A stretch of DNA of 64,000 nucleotides from the human T2T-CHM13v2.0 reference genome, Homo sapiens. The first letter of the stretch is position 1, and each line of letters begins with the position of its first letter. Below, one piece after another: positions 24,850-40,700 of the stretch. The position numbers and the translations under genes are program-made. The notes under the pieces are model-generated. The model ran no database searches and had not been told where the DNA came from. It saw only the letters and a program-made list of their open reading frames with translations. The stretch lies in the NCBI RefSeq assembly GCF_009914755.1, contig NC_060939.1; one strand, written 5' to 3'.

Positions 24850-27800
24850 CCATTCCACTTGATTCCTCTCCATTCCCTTCCACTGCATTCCGTTCGATTC
24901 CATTCCATTGCATTGCATTCCATTCCATTGGATTGCATTCCATTCGATTCCATTCCATTCGAATCAATTACATAGCAATCCATTACATTCGAGTCTATTC
25001 TCTTCCGTTCCATTCGATTTCGTTCCAATCCATTCGATTCCATTCCATTCGATTCCATTCCATACTATTGCATTCCATTCGATTACATTATATTTGAATA
25101 AGTTCCATTCAAGACCATTTCTTTTGAGTCCATTCTATTTGAGTCCATTCCCTTTGATTCCATAACATTTGAGTCCATTCAATTCCATTCCTTTCGTTTC
25201 CATTCCATTTGATGCCATTCCATTCAATTCTGTTCTACTCGACTCCAATACATTCAATTCCATTCCATCCGATTCCATTACATTCTTTTCATTTCTTATC
25301 CATTTCAAGACATTCCACTCCATTCCATTCCACTCGTTTCCTTTCCATTCGAGTCCATTCCTCTCCAGTCCATTCCGTTCAATCCATTCCATTCCAGTCC
25401 ATTCCATTCGAGTCCGTTCCATTCCAGTCCATTCCATTCGAGTCAATTCCATTCCATTCGATGTCTTTCCATAACGATCCATTCCATTCTATTCCTTTCG
25501 ATTCCATTCCATTCTATTTCATTCCATTCGATTCCCTTCCATTGGACTCCTTTCCATTCGAGTGCATTCCATTCCGTTCCATTTCTTTCCGTTCTGTACG
25601 ATTCCTACCGTTCGATTTCATTTTCTTCCAGTCCATTCTTTCGCGTCCATTCCATTCCATTTCACTCCATTCGATTCCATTCCACTCGATTCCACTTCGT
25701 TCCATTTCATTGCATTCCATTCTATTCAACTCTATTGCCTTCCATTCCATTCCATTCGATTACATTCCATGCGACTCCATTCGAAATCGAATCAATTACA
25801 TTGCAATCCATTACTATTGAGTCCGTTTTATTCCAGTCCACTGCATTCTGGTCCATTCCATTTGATTCCATTCCATTCTATTCCATTCCATACAGTTGCA
25901 TTCCATTGGATTCCATGCTACATCTATAAATTCAATTCGAGACCATTGCTTTTGAGTCCATTCTATATGATTCCATTCCATTCAAGTCCATTACATTTGG
26001 TTAAATTCCATTCCATTCGGTTCAATTCCATTCCATTCCATTCCCTTCCATTCCATTCCAATTGATATCAATCCATTCGATTCCATTCCATTCGAGCACA
26101 TTCCATTCGAGTCCATTCCATTCGATGCCATTCCATTTGATTCTATTCCATTAGTCTCCATTCAATTCCATTAATCTCCATTCCATTCCATTCTACTCCA
26201 ACTGATTCCATTCCATTCTATTCCTTTTTATTCCATTCCATTCCATTCCATTCCATTCCATTCCATTCCATTCTTGTCCATTCCACTCCAGTCCATTCCA
26301 TTCGTATCCATTCCATTCCAGTCCATTCCATTTGTGTCCACTGCATTCCATTCCACTCCATTCCATATTATTCCATTACACTCCATTCCATTCTATTACT
26401 TTCATTTCCATTCAATTCCATTCCATTTGATTCCATTCCACTCGGTTTCATTCCATTTGAGTCCACTCCATTCCATTCCATTCCATTCAGTTCCATTCCA
26501 TTCTGTTCCATTCCATTCTGTTCCATTACATTCCATTCCATTCGGTACCATTCCATATTGTTCCATTCGATTCCATTCGAATCCATTCCATTCCAGTCCA
26601 TTCCATTCGATTCCATTCCATTCATTTCAATTCCATTCCATTCCATTCCATTACATTCCACTTGATTCCTCTCCATTCCCTTCCACTGCATTCCGTTTGA
26701 TTCCATTCCATTGCATTGCATTCCATTCCATTGGATTGCATTCCATTCGATTCCATTCCATTCGAATCAATTACATAGCAATCCATTACATTCGAGTCTA
26801 TTCTCTTCCGTTCCATTCGATTTCGTTCCAATCCATTCGATTCCATTCCATTCGATTCCATTCCATACTATTGCATTCCATTCGATTACATTATATTCGA
26901 ATAAGTTCCATTCAAGACCATTTCTTTTGAGTCCATTCTATTTGAGTCCATTCCCTTTGATTCCATAACATTTGAGTCCATTCAATTCCATTCCTTTCGT
27001 TTCCATTCCATTTGATGCCATTCCATTCAATTCTGTTCTACTCGACTCCAATACATTCAATTCCATTCCATCCGATTCCATTACATTCTTTTCATTTCTT
27101 ATCCATTTCAAGCCATTCCACTCCATTCCATTCCACTCGTTTCCTTTCCATTCGAGTCCATTCCTCTCCAGTCCATTCCGTTCAATCCATTCCATTCCAG
27201 TCCATTCCATTCGAGTCCGTTCCATTCCAGTCCATTCCATTCGAGTCAATTCCATTCCATTCGATGTCTTTCCATAACGATCCATTCCATTCTATTCCTT
27301 TCGATTCCATTCCATTCTATTTCATTCCATTCGATTCCCTTCCATTGGACTCCTTTCCATTCGAGTGCATTCCATTCCGTTCCATTTCTTTCCGTTCTGT
27401 ACGATTCCTACCGTTCGATTTCATTTTCTTCCAGTCCATTCTTTCGCGTCCATTCCATTCCATTTCACTCCATTCGATTCCATTCCACTCGATTCCACTT
27501 CGTTCCATTTCATTGCATTCCATTCTATTCAACTCTATTGCCTTCCATTCCATTCCATTCGATTACATTCCATGCGACTCCATTCGAAATCGAATCAATT
27601 ACATTGCAATCCATTACTATTGAGTCCGTTTTATTCCAGTCCACTGCATTCTGGTCCATTCCATTTGATTCCATTCCATTCTATTCCATTCCATACAGTT
27701 GCATTCCATTGGATTCCATGCTACATCTATAAATTAAATTCGAGACCATTGCTTTTGAGTCCATTCTATATGATTCCATTCCATTCAAGTCCATTACATT

Positions 27801-30800
27801 TGGTTAAATTCCATTCCATTCGGTTCAATTCCATTCCATTCCATTCCCTTCCATTCCATTCCAATTGATATCAATCCATTCGATTCCATTCCATTCGAGC
27901 ACATTCCATTCGAGTCCATTCCATTCGATGCCATTCCATTTGATTCTATTCCATTAGTCTCCATTCAATTCCATTAATCTCCATTCCATTCCATTCTACT
28001 CCAACTGATTCCATTCCATTCTATTCCTTTTTATTCCATTCCATTCCATTCCATTCCATTCCATTCTTGTCCATTCCACTCCAGTCCATTCCATTCGTAT
28101 CCATTCCATTCCAGTCCATTCCATTTGTGTCCACTGCATTCCATTCCACTCCATTCCATATTATTCCATTACACTCCATTCCATTCTATTACTTTCATTT
28201 CCATTCAATTCCATTCCATTTGATTCCATTCCACTCGGTTTCATTCCATTTGAGTCCACTCCATTCCATTCCATTCCATTCAGTTCCATTCCATTCTGTT
28301 CCATTCCATTCCGTTCCATTACATTGCATTCCATTCGGTACCATTCCATATTGTTCCATTCGATTCCATTCGAATCCATTCCATTCCAGTCCATTCCATT
28401 CGATTCCATTCCATTCATTTCAATTCCATTCCATTCCATTCCATTACATTCCACTTGATTCCTCTCCATTCCCTTCCACTGCATTCCGTTCGATTCCATT
28501 CCATTGCATTGCATTCCATTCCATTGGATTGCATTCCATTCGATTCCATTCCATTCGAATCAATTACATAGCAATCCATTACATTCGAGTCTATTCTCTT
28601 CCGTTCCATTCGATTTCGTTCCAATCCATTCGATTCCATTCCATTCGATTCCATTCCATACTATTGCATTCCATTCGATTACATTATATTCGAATAAGTT
28701 CCATTCAAGACCATTTCTTTTGAGTCCATTCTATTTGAGTCCATTCCCTTTGATTCCATAACATTTGAGTCCATTCAATTCCATTCCTTTCGTTTCCATT
28801 CCATTTGATGCCATTCCATTCAATTCTGTTCTACTCGACTCCAATACATTCAATTCCATTCCATCCGATTCCATTACATTCTTTTCATTTCTTATCCATT
28901 TCAAGCCATTCCACTCCATTCCATTCCACTCGTTTCCTTTCCATTCGAGTCCATTCCTCTCCAGTCCATTCCATTCAATCCATTCCATTCCAGTCCATTC
29001 CATTCGAGTCCGTTCCATTCCAGTCCATTCCATTCGAGTCAATTCCATTCCATTCGATGTCTTTCCATAACGATCCATTCCATTCTATTCCTTTCGATTC
29101 CATTCCATTCTATTTCATTCCATTCGATTCCCTTCCATTGGACTCCTTTCCATTCGAGTGCATTCCATTCCGTTCCATTTCTTTCCGTTCTGTACGATTC
29201 CTACCGTTCGATTTCATTTTGTTCCAGTCCATTCTTTCGCGTCCATTCATTCCATTTCACTCCATTCGATTCCATTCCACTCGATTCCACTTCGTTCCAT
29301 TTCATTGCATTCCATTCTATTCAACTCTATTGCCTTCCATTCCATTCCATTCGATTACATTCCATGCGATTCCATTCGAAATCGAATCAATTACATTGCA
29401 ATCCATTACTATTGAGTCCGTTTTATTCCAGTCCACTGCATTCTGGTCCATTCCATTTGATTCCATTCCATTCTATTCCATTCCATACAGTTGCATTCCA
29501 TTGGATTCCATGCTATATCTATAAATTCAATTCGAGACCATTGCTTTTGAGTCCATTCTATATGATTCCATTCCATTCAAGTCCATTACATTTGGTTAAA
29601 TTCCAATCCATTCGGTTCAATTCCATTCCATTCCATTCCCTTCCATTCCATTCCAGTTGATATCAATCCATTCGATTCCATTCCATTCGAGCACATTCCA
29701 TTCGAGTCCATTCCATTCGATGCCATTCCATTTGATTCTATTCCATTAGTCTCCATTCAATTCCATTAATCTCCATTCCATTCCATTCTACTCCAACTGA
29801 TTCCATTCCATTCTATTCCTTTTTATTCCATTTCATTCCATTCCATTCCATTCCATTCCATTCCATTCCATTCGTGTCCATTCCACTCCAGTCCATTCCA
29901 TTCGTATCCATTCCATTCCAGTCCATTCCATTTGTGTCCACTGCATTCCATTCCACTCCATTCCATATTATTCCATTACACTCCATTCCATTCTATTACT
30001 TTCATTTCCATTCAATTCCATTCCATTTGATTCCATTCCACTCGGTTTCATTCCATTTGAGTCCACTCCATTCCATTCCATTCCATTCAGTTCCATTCCA
30101 TTCTGTTCCATTCCATTCCGTTCCATTACATTCCATTCCATTCGGTACCATTCCATATTGTTCCATTCGATTCCATTCGAATCCATTCCATTCCAGTCCA
30201 TTCCATTCGATTCCATTCCATTCATTTCAATTCCATTCCATTCCATTCCATTCCATTCCACTTGATTCCTCTCCATTCCCTTCCACTGCATTCCGTTCGA
30301 TTCCATTCCATTGCATTGCATTCCATTCCATTGGATTGCATTCCATTCGATTCCATTCCATTCGAATCAATTACATAGCAATCCATTACATTCGAGTCTA
30401 TTCTCTTCCGTTCCATTCGATTTCGTTCCAATCCATTCGATTCCATTCCATTCGATTCCATTCCATACTATTGCATTCCATTCGATTACATTATATTTGA
30501 ATAAGTTCCATTCAAGACCATTTCTTTTGAGTCCATTCTATTTGAGTCCATTCCCTTTGATTCCATAACATTTGAGTCCATTCAATTCCATTCCTTTCGT
30601 TTCCATTCCATTTGATGCCATTCCATTCAATTCTGTTCTACTCGACTCCAATACATTCAATTCCATTCCATCCGATTCCATTACATTCTTTTCATTTCTT
30701 ATCCATTTCAAGCCATTCCACTCCATTCCATTCCACTCGTTTCCTTTCCATTCGAGTCCATTCCTCTCCAGTCCATTCCGTTCAATCCATTCCATTCCAG

Positions 30801-33800
30801 TCCATTCCATTCGAGTCCGTTCCATTCCAGTCCATTCCATTCGAGTCAATTCCATTCCATTCGATGTCTTTCCATAACGATCCATTCCATTCTATTCCTT
30901 TCGATTCCATTCCATTCTATTTCATTCCATTCGATTCCCTTCCATTGGACTCCTTTCCATTCGAGTGCATTCCATTCCGTTCCATTTCTTTCCGTTCTGT
31001 ACGATTCCTACCGTTCGATTTCATTTTCTTCCAGTCCATTCTTTCGCGTCCATTCCATTCCATTTCACTCCATTCGATTCCATTCCACTCGATTCCACTT
31101 CGTTCCATTTCATTGCATTCCATTCTATTCAACTCTATTGCCTTCCATTCCATTCCATTCGATTACATTCCATGCGACTCCATTCGAAATCGAATCAATT
31201 ACATTGCAATCCATTACTATTGAGTCCGTTTTATTCCAGTCCACTGCATTCTGGTCCATTCCATTTGATTCCATTCCATTCTATTCCATTCCATACAGTT
31301 GCATTCCATTGGATTCCATGCTACATCTATAAATTCAATTCGAGACCATTGCTTTTGAGTCCATTCTATATGATTCCATTCCATTCAAGTCCATTACATT
31401 TGGTTAAATTCCATTCCATTCGGTTCAATTCCATTCCATTCCATTCCCTTCCATTCCATTCCAATTGATATCAATCCATTCGATTCCATTCCATTCGAGC
31501 ACATTCCATTCGAGTCCATTCCATTCGATGCCATTCCATTTGATTCTATTCCATTAGTCTCCATTCAATTCCATTAATCTCCATTCCATTCCATTCTACT
31601 CCAACTGATTCCATTCCATTCTATTCCTTTTTATTCCATTCCATTCCATTCCATTCCATTCCATTCCATTCTTGTCCATTCCACTCCAGTCCATTCCATT
31701 CGTATCCATTCCATTCCAGTCCATTCCATTTGTGTCCACTGCATTCCATTCCACTCCATTCCATATTATTCCATTACACTCCATTCCATTCTATTACTTT
31801 CATTTCCATTCAATTCCATTCCATTTGATTCCATTCCACTCGGTTTCATTCCATTTGAGTCCACTCCATTCCATTCCATTCCATTCAGTTCCATTCCATT
31901 CTGTTCCATTCCATTCCGTTCCATTACATTCCATTCCATTCGGTACCATTCCATATTGTTCCATTCGATTCCATTCGAATCCATTCCATTCCAGTCCATT
32001 CCATTCGATTCCATTCCATTCATTTCAATTCCATTCCATTCCATTCCATTACATTCCACTTGATTCCTCTCCATTCCCTTCCACTGCATTCCGTTCGATT
32101 CCATTCCATTGCATTGCATTCCATTCCATTGGATTGCATTCCATTCGATTCCATTCCATTCGAATCAATTACATAGCAATCCATTACATTCGAGTCTATT
32201 CTCTTCCGTTCCATTCGATTTCGTTCCAATCCATTCGATTCCATTCCATTCGATTCCATTCCATACTATTGCATTCCATTCGATTACATTATATTCGAAT
32301 AAGTTCCATTCAAGACCATTTCTTTTGAGTCCATTCTATTTGAGTCCATTCCCTTTGATTCCATAACATTTGAGTCCATTCAATTCCATTCCTTTCGTTT
32401 CCATTCCATTTGATGCCATTCCATTCAATTCTGTTCTACTCGACTCCAATACATTCAATTCCATTCCATCCGATTCCATTACATTCTTTTCATTTCTTAT
32501 CCATTTCAAGCCATTCCACTCCATTCCATTCCACTCGTTTCCTTTCCATTCGAGTCCATTCCTCTCCAGTCCATTCCGTTCAATCCATTCCATTCCAGTC
32601 CATTCCATTCGAGTCCGTTCCATTCCAGTCCATTCCATTCGAGTCAATTCCATTCCATTCGATGTCTTTCCATAACGATCCATTCCATTCTATTCCTTTC
32701 GATTCCATTCCATTCTATTTCATTCCTTTCGATTCCCTTCCATTGGACTCCTTTCCATTCGAGTGCATTCCATTCCGTTCCATTTCTTTCCGTTCTGTAC
32801 GATTCCTACCGTTCAATTTCATTTTCTTCCAGTCCATTCTTTCGCGTCCATTCCATTCCATTTCACTCCATTCGATTCCATTCCACTCGATTCCACTTCG
32901 TTCCATTTCATTGCATTCCATTCTATTCAACTCTATTGCCTTCCATTCCATTCCATTCGATTACATTCCATGCGACTCCATTCGAAATCGAATCAATTAC
33001 ATTGCAATCCATTACTATTGAGTCCGTTTTATTCCAGTCCACTGCATTCTGGTCCATTCCATTTGATTCCATTCCATTCTATTCCATTCCATACAGTTGC
33101 ATTCCATTGGATTCCATGCTACATCTATAAATTAAATTCGAGACCATTGCTTTTGAGTCCATTCTATATGATTCCATTCCATTCAAGTCCATTACATTTG
33201 GTTAAATTCCATTCCATTCGGTTCAATTCCATTCCATTCCATTTCCTTCCATTCCATTCCAATTGATATCAATCCATTCGATTCCATTCCATTCGAGCAC
33301 ATTCCATTCGAGTCCATTCCATTCGATGCCATTCCATTTGATTCTATTCCATTAGTCTCCATTCAATTCCATTAATCTCCATTCCATTCCATTCTACTCC
33401 AACTGATTCCATTCCATTCTATTCCTTTTTATTCCATTCCATTCCATTCCATTCCATTCCATTCTTGTCCATTCCACTCCAGTCCATTCCATTCGTATCC
33501 ATTCCATTCCAGTCCATTCCATTTGTGTCCACTGCATTCCATTCCACTCCATTCCATATTATTCCATTACACTCCATTCCATTCTATTACTTTCATTTCC
33601 ATTCAATTCCATTCCATTTGATTCCATTCCACTCGGTTTCATTCCATTTGAGTCCACTCCATTCCATTCCATTCCATTCAGTTCCATTCCATTCTGTTCC
33701 ATTCCATTCCGTTCCATTACATTGCATTCCATTCGGTACCATTCCATATTGTTCCATTCGATTCCATTCGAATCCATTCCATTCCAGTCCATTCCATTCG

Positions 33801-35230
33801 ATTCCATTCCATTCATTTCAATTCCATTCCATTCCATTCCATTACATTCCACTTGATTCCTCTCCATTCCCTTCCACTGCATTCCGTTCGATTCCATTCC
33901 ATTGCATTGCATTCCATTCCATTGGATTGCATTCCATTCGATTCCATTCCATTCGAATCAATTACATAGCAATCCATTACATTCGAGTCTATTCTCTTCC
34001 GTTCCATTCGATTTCGTTCCAATCCATTCGATTCCATTCCATTCGATTCCATTCCATACTATTGCATTCCATTCGATTACATTATATTCGAATAAGTTCC
34101 ATTCAAGACCATTTCTTTTGAGTCCATTCTATTTGAGTCCATTCCCTTTGATTCCATAACATTTGAGTCCATTCAATTCCATTCCTTTCGTTTCCATTCC
34201 ATTTGATGCCATTCCATTCAATTCTGTTCTACTCGACTCCAATACATTCAATTCCATTCCATCCGATTCCATTACATTCTTTTCATTTCTTATCCATTTC
34301 AAGCCATTCCACTCCATTCCATTCCACTCGTTTCCTTTCCATTCGAGTCCATTCCTCTCCAGTCCATTCCATTCAATCCATTCCATTCCAGTCCATTCCA
34401 TTCGAGTCCGTTCCATTCCAGTCCATTCCATTCGAGTCAATTCCATTCCATTCGATGTCTTTCCATAACGATCCATTCCATTCTATTCCTTTCGATTCCA
34501 TTCCATTCTATTTCATTCCATTCGATTCCCTTCCATTGGACTCCTTTCCATTCGAGTGCATTCCATTCCGTTCCATTTCTTTCCGTTCTGTACGATTCCT
34601 ACCGTTCGATTTCATTTTGTTCCAGTCCATTCTTTCGCGTCCATTCATTCCATTTCACTCCATTCGATTCCATTCCACTCGATTCCACTTCGTTCCATTT
34701 CATTGCATTCCATTCTATTCAACTCTATTGCCTTCCATTCCATTCCATTCGATTACATTCCATGCGATTCCATTCGAAATCGAATCAATTACATTGCAAT
34801 CCATTACTATTGAGTCCGTTTTATTCCAGTCCACTGCATTCTGGTCCATTCCATTTGATTCCATTCCATTCTATTCCATTCCATACAGTTGCATTCCATT
34901 GGATTCCATGCTATATCTATAAATTCAATTCGAGACCATTGCTTTTGAGTCCATTCTATATGATTCCATTCCATTCAAGTCCATTACATTTGGTTAAATT
35001 CCAATCCATTCGGTTCAATTCCATTCCATTCCATTCCCTTCCATTCCATTCCAGTTGATATCAATCCATTCGATTCCATTCCATTCGAGCACATTCCATT
35101 CGAGTCCATTCCATTCGATGCCATTCCATTTGATTCTATTCCATTAGTCTCCATTCAATTCCATTAATCTCCATTCCATTCCATTCTACTCCAACTGATT
35201 CCATTCCATTCTATTCCTTTTTATTCCATT
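24850..35230 (+). repeat. Three-unit (~5.4 kb) block present in two tandem copies
   Basis: Private variants recur at a 5398-5403 bp offset: tatttgaata (~25091/~30494), aaattaaatt (~27731/~33129), acattgcatt (~28321/~33719), 1-bp deletion gtccattcattcc (~29241/~34639), ccaatcca (~29603/~35001). Confidence 0.9.
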
Positions 35231-37733
35231 TCATTCCATTCCATTCCATTCCATTCCATTCGTGTCCATTCCACTCCAGTCCATTCCATTCGTATCCATT
35301 CCATTCCAGTCCATTCCATTTGTGTCCACTGCATTCCATTCCACTCCATTCCATATTATTCCATTACACTCCATTCCATTCTATTACTTTCATTTCCATT
35401 CAATTCCATTCCATTTGATTCCATTCCACTCGGTTTCATTCCATTTGAGTCCACTCCATTCCATTCCATTCCATTCAGTTCCATTCCATTCTGTTCCATT
35501 CCATTCCGTTCCATTACATTCCATTCCATTCGGTACCATTCCATATTGTTCCATTCGATTCCATTCGAATCCATTCCATTCCAGTCCATTCCATTCGATT
35601 CCATTCCATTCATTTCAATTCCATTCCATTCCATTCCATTACATTCCACTTGATTCCTCTCCATTCCCTTCCAGTGCATTCCGTTCGATTCCATTCCATT
35701 GCATTGCATTCCATTCCATTGGATTGCATTCCATTCGATTCCATTCCATTCGAATCAATTACATAGCAATCCATTACATTCGAGTCTATTCTCTTCCGTT
35801 CCATTCGATTTCGTTCCAATCCATTCGATTCCATTCCATTCGATTCCATTCCATACTATTGCATTCCATTCGATTACATTATATTCGAATAAGTTCCATT
35901 CAAGACCATTTCTTTTGAGTCCATTCTATTTGAGTCCATTCCCTTTGATTCCATAACATTTGAGTCCATTCAATTCCATTCCTTTCGTTTCCATTCCATT
36001 TGATGCCATTCCATTCAATTCTGTTCTACTCGACTCCAATACATTCAATTCCATTCCATCCGATTCCATTACATTCTTTTCATTTCTTATCCATTTCAAG
36101 CCATTCCACTCCATTCCATTCCACTCGTTTCCTTTCCATTCGAGTCCATTCCTCTCCAGTCCATTCCGTTCAATCCATTCCATTCCAGTCCATTCCATTC
36201 GAGTCCGTTCCATTCCAGTCCATTCCATTCGAGTCAATTCCATTCCATTCGATGTCTTTCCATAACGATCCATTCCATTCTATTCCTTTCGATTCCATTC
36301 CATTCTATTTCATTCCATTCGATTCCCTTCCATTGGACTCCTTTCCATTCGAGTGCATTCCATTCCGTTCCATTTCTTTCCGTTCTGTACGATTCCTACC
36401 GTTCGATTTCATTTTCTTCCAGTCCATTCTTTCGCGTCCATTCCATTCCATTTCACTCCATTCGATTCCATTCCACTCGATTCCACTTCGTTCCATTTCA
36501 TTGCATTCCATTCTATTCAACTCTATTGCCTTCCTTTCCATTCCATTCGATTACATTCCATGCGATTCCATTCGAAATCGAATCAATTACATTGCAATCC
36601 ATTACTATTGAGTCCGTTTTATTCCAGTCCACTGCATTCTGGTCCATTCCATTTGATTCCATTCCATTCTATTCCATTCCATACAGTTGCATTCCATTGG
36701 ATTCCATGCTATATCTATAAATTCAATTCGAGACCATTGCTTTTGAGTCCATTCTATATGATTCCTTTCCATTCAAGTCCATTACATTTGGTTAAATTCC
36801 ATTCCATTCGGTTCAATTCCATTCCATTCCATTCCCTTCCATTCCATTCCAGTTGATATCAATCCATTCGATTCCATTCCATTCGAGCACATTCCATTCG
36901 AGTCCATTCCATTCGATGCCATTCCATTTGATTCTATTCCATTAGTCTCCATTCAATTCCATTAATCTCCATTCCATTCCATTCTACTCCAACTGATTCC
37001 ATTCCATTCTATTCCTTTTTATTCCATTCCATTCCATTCCATTCCATTCCATTCCATTCCATTCCATTCGTGTCCATTCCACTCCAGTCCATTCCATTCG
37101 TATCCATTCCATTCCAGTCCATTCCATTTGTGTCCACTGCATTCCATTCCACTCCATTCCATATTATTCCATTACACTCCATTCCATTCTATTACTTTCA
37201 TTTCCATTCAATTCCATTCCATTTGATTCCATTCCACTCGGTTTCATTCTATTTGAGTCCACTCCATTCCATTCCATTCCATTCAGTTCCATTCCATTCT
37301 GTTCCATTCCATTCCGTTCCATTACATTGCATTCCATTCGGTACCATTCCATATTGTTCCATTCGATTCCATTCGAATCCATTCCATTCCAGTCCATTCC
37401 ATTCGATTCCATTCCATTCATTTCAATTCCATTCCATTCCATTCCATTACATTCCACTTGATTCCTCTCCATTCCCTTCCACTGCATTCCGTTCGATTCC
37501 ATTCCATTGCATTGCATTCCATTCCATTGGATTGCATTCCATTCGATTCCATTCCATTCGAATCAATTACATAGCAATCCATTACATTCGAGTCTATTCT
37601 CTTCCGTTCCATTCGATTTCGTTCCAATCCATTCGATTCCATTCCATTCGATTCCATTCCATACTATTGCATTCCATTCGATTACATTATATTCGAATAA
37701 GTTCCATTCAAGACCATTTCTTTTGAGTCCATT

Positions 37734-40700
37734 CTATTTGAGTCCATTCCCTTTGATTCCATAACATTTGAGTCCATTCAATTCCATTCCTTTCGTTTCC
37801 ATTCCATTTGATGCCATTCCATTCAATTCTGTTCTACTCGACTCCAATACATTCAATTCCATTCCATCCGATTCCATTACATTCTTTTCATTTCTTATCC
37901 ATTTCAAGCCATTCCACTCCATTCCATTCCACTCGTTTCCTTTCCATTCGAGTCCATTCCTCTCCAGTCCATTCCGTTCAATCCATTCCATTCCAGTCCA
38001 TTCCATTCGAGTCCGTTCCATTCCAGTCCATTCCATTCGAGTCAATTCCATTCCATTCGATGTCTTTCCATAACGATCCATTCCATTCTATTCCTTTCGA
38101 TTCCATTCCATTCTATTTCATTCCATTCGATTCCCTTCCATTGGACTCCTTTCCATTCGAGTGCATTCCATTCCGTTCCATTTCTTTCCGTTCTGTACGA
38201 TTCCTACCGTTCGATTTCATTTTGTTCCTGTCCATTCCTTTCGCGTCCATTCCATTCCATTTCACTCCATTCGATTCCATTCCACTCGATTCCACTTCGT
38301 TCCATTTCATTGCATTCCATTCTATTCAACTCTATTGCCTTCCATTCCATTCCATTCGATTACATTCCATGCGATTCCATTCGAAATCGAATCAATTACA
38401 TTGCAAACCATTACTATTGAGTCCGTTTTATTCCAGTCCACTGCATTCTGGTCCATTCCATTTGATTCCATTCCATTCTATTCCATTCCATACAGTTGCA
38501 TTCCATTGGATTCCATGCTATATCTATAAATTCAATTCGAGACCATTGCTTTTGAGTCCATTCTATATGATTCCATTCCATTCAAGTCCATTACATTTGG
38601 TTCAATTCCATTCCATTCCATTCCCTTTCATTCCATTCCATTTGATATCAATCCATTCGATTCCATTCCATTCGAGCACATTCCATTCGAGTCCATTCCA
38701 TTCGATGCCATTCCATTTGATTCTATTCCATTAGTCTCCATTCAATTCCATTAATCTCCATTCCATTCCATTCTACTCCAACTGATTCCATTCCATTCTA
38801 TTCCTTTCCATTCCATTTCATTCCATTCCATTCCACTCCATTCCATTCCATTCCATTCCATTCGTGTCCATTCCACTCCAGTCCATTCCATTCGTGTCCA
38901 TTCCATTCCAGTCCATTCCATTTGTGTCCACTGCATTCCATTCCACTCCATTCCATATTATTCCATTACACTCCATTCCATTCTATTACTTTCATTTCCA
39001 TTCAATTCCATTCCATTTGATTCCATTCCACTCGGTTTCATTCCATTTGAGTTCACTCCATTCCATTCCATTCCATTCCATTCAGTTCCATTCCATTCCG
39101 TTCCATTACATTCCATTCCATTCGGTACCATTCCATATTGTTCCATTCGATTCCATTCGAATCCATTCCATTGCAGTCCATTCCATTCGATTCCATTCCA
39201 TTCATTTCAATTCCATTCCATTCCATTCCATTCCATTCCACTTGATTCCTCTCCATTCCCTTCCACTGCATTCCGTTCGATTCCATTCCATTGCATTGCA
39301 TTCCATTCCATTGGATTGCATTCCATTCGATTCCATTCCATTCGAATCAATTACATAGCAATCCATTACATTCGAGTCTATTCTATTCCGTTCCATTCGA
39401 TTTCGTTCCAATCCATTCGATTCCATTCCATTCGATTCCATTCCATACTATTGCATTCCATTCGATTACATTATATTCGAATAAGTTCCATTCAAGACCA
39501 TTTCTTTTGAGTCCATTCTATTTGAGTCCATTCCCTTTGATTCCATAACATTTGAGTCCATTCAATTCCATTCCTTTCGTTTCCATTCCATTTGATGCCA
39601 TTCCATTCAATTCTGTTCTACTCGACTCCAATACATTCAATTCCATTCCATCCGATTCCATTACATTCTTTTCATTTCTTATCCATTTCAAGCCATTCCA
39701 CTCCATTCCATTCCACTCGTTTCCTTTCCATTCGAGTCCATTCCTCTCCAGTCCATTCCGTTCAATCCATTCCATTCCAGTCCATTCCATTCGAGTCCGT
39801 TCCATTCCAGTCCATTCCATTCGAGTCAATTCCATTCCATTCGATGTCTTTCCATAACGATCCATTCCATTCTATTCCTTTCGATTCCATTCCATTCTAT
39901 TTCATTCCATTCGATTCCCTTCCATTGGACTCCTTTCCATTCGAGTGCATTCCATTCCGTTCCATTTCTTTCCGTTCTGTACGATTCCTACCGTTCGATT
40001 TCATTTTCTTCCAGTCCATTCTTTCGCGTCCATGCCATTCCATTTCACTCCATTCGATTCCATTCCACTCGATTCCACTTCGTTCCATTTCATTGCATTC
40101 CATTCTATTCAACTCTATTGCCTTCCATTCCATTCCATTCGATTACATTCCATGCGATTCCATTCGAAATCGAATCAATTACATTGCAATCCATTACTAT
40201 TGAGTCCGTTTTATTCCAGTCCACTGCATTCTGGTCCATTCCATTTGATTCCATTCCATTCTATTCCATTCCATACAGTTGCATTCCATTGGATTCCATG
40301 CTATATCTATAAATTCAATTCGAGACCATTGCTTTTGAGTCCATTCTATATGATTCCATTCCATTCAAGTCCATTACATTTGGTTAAATTCCATTCCATT
40401 CGGTTCAATTCCATTCCATTCCATTCCCTTCCATTCCATTCCAGTTGATATCAATCCATTCGATTCCATTCCATTCGAGCACATTCCATTCGAATCCATT
40501 CCATTCGATGCCATTCCATTTGATTCTATTCCATTAGTCTCCATTCAATTCCATTAATCTCCATTCCATTCCATTCTACTCCAACTGATTCCATTCCATT
40601 CTATTCCTTTCCATTCCATTTCATTCCATTCCATTCCATTCCATTCCATTCCATTCCATTCCATTCCATTCGTGTCCATTCCACTCCAGTCCATTCCATT

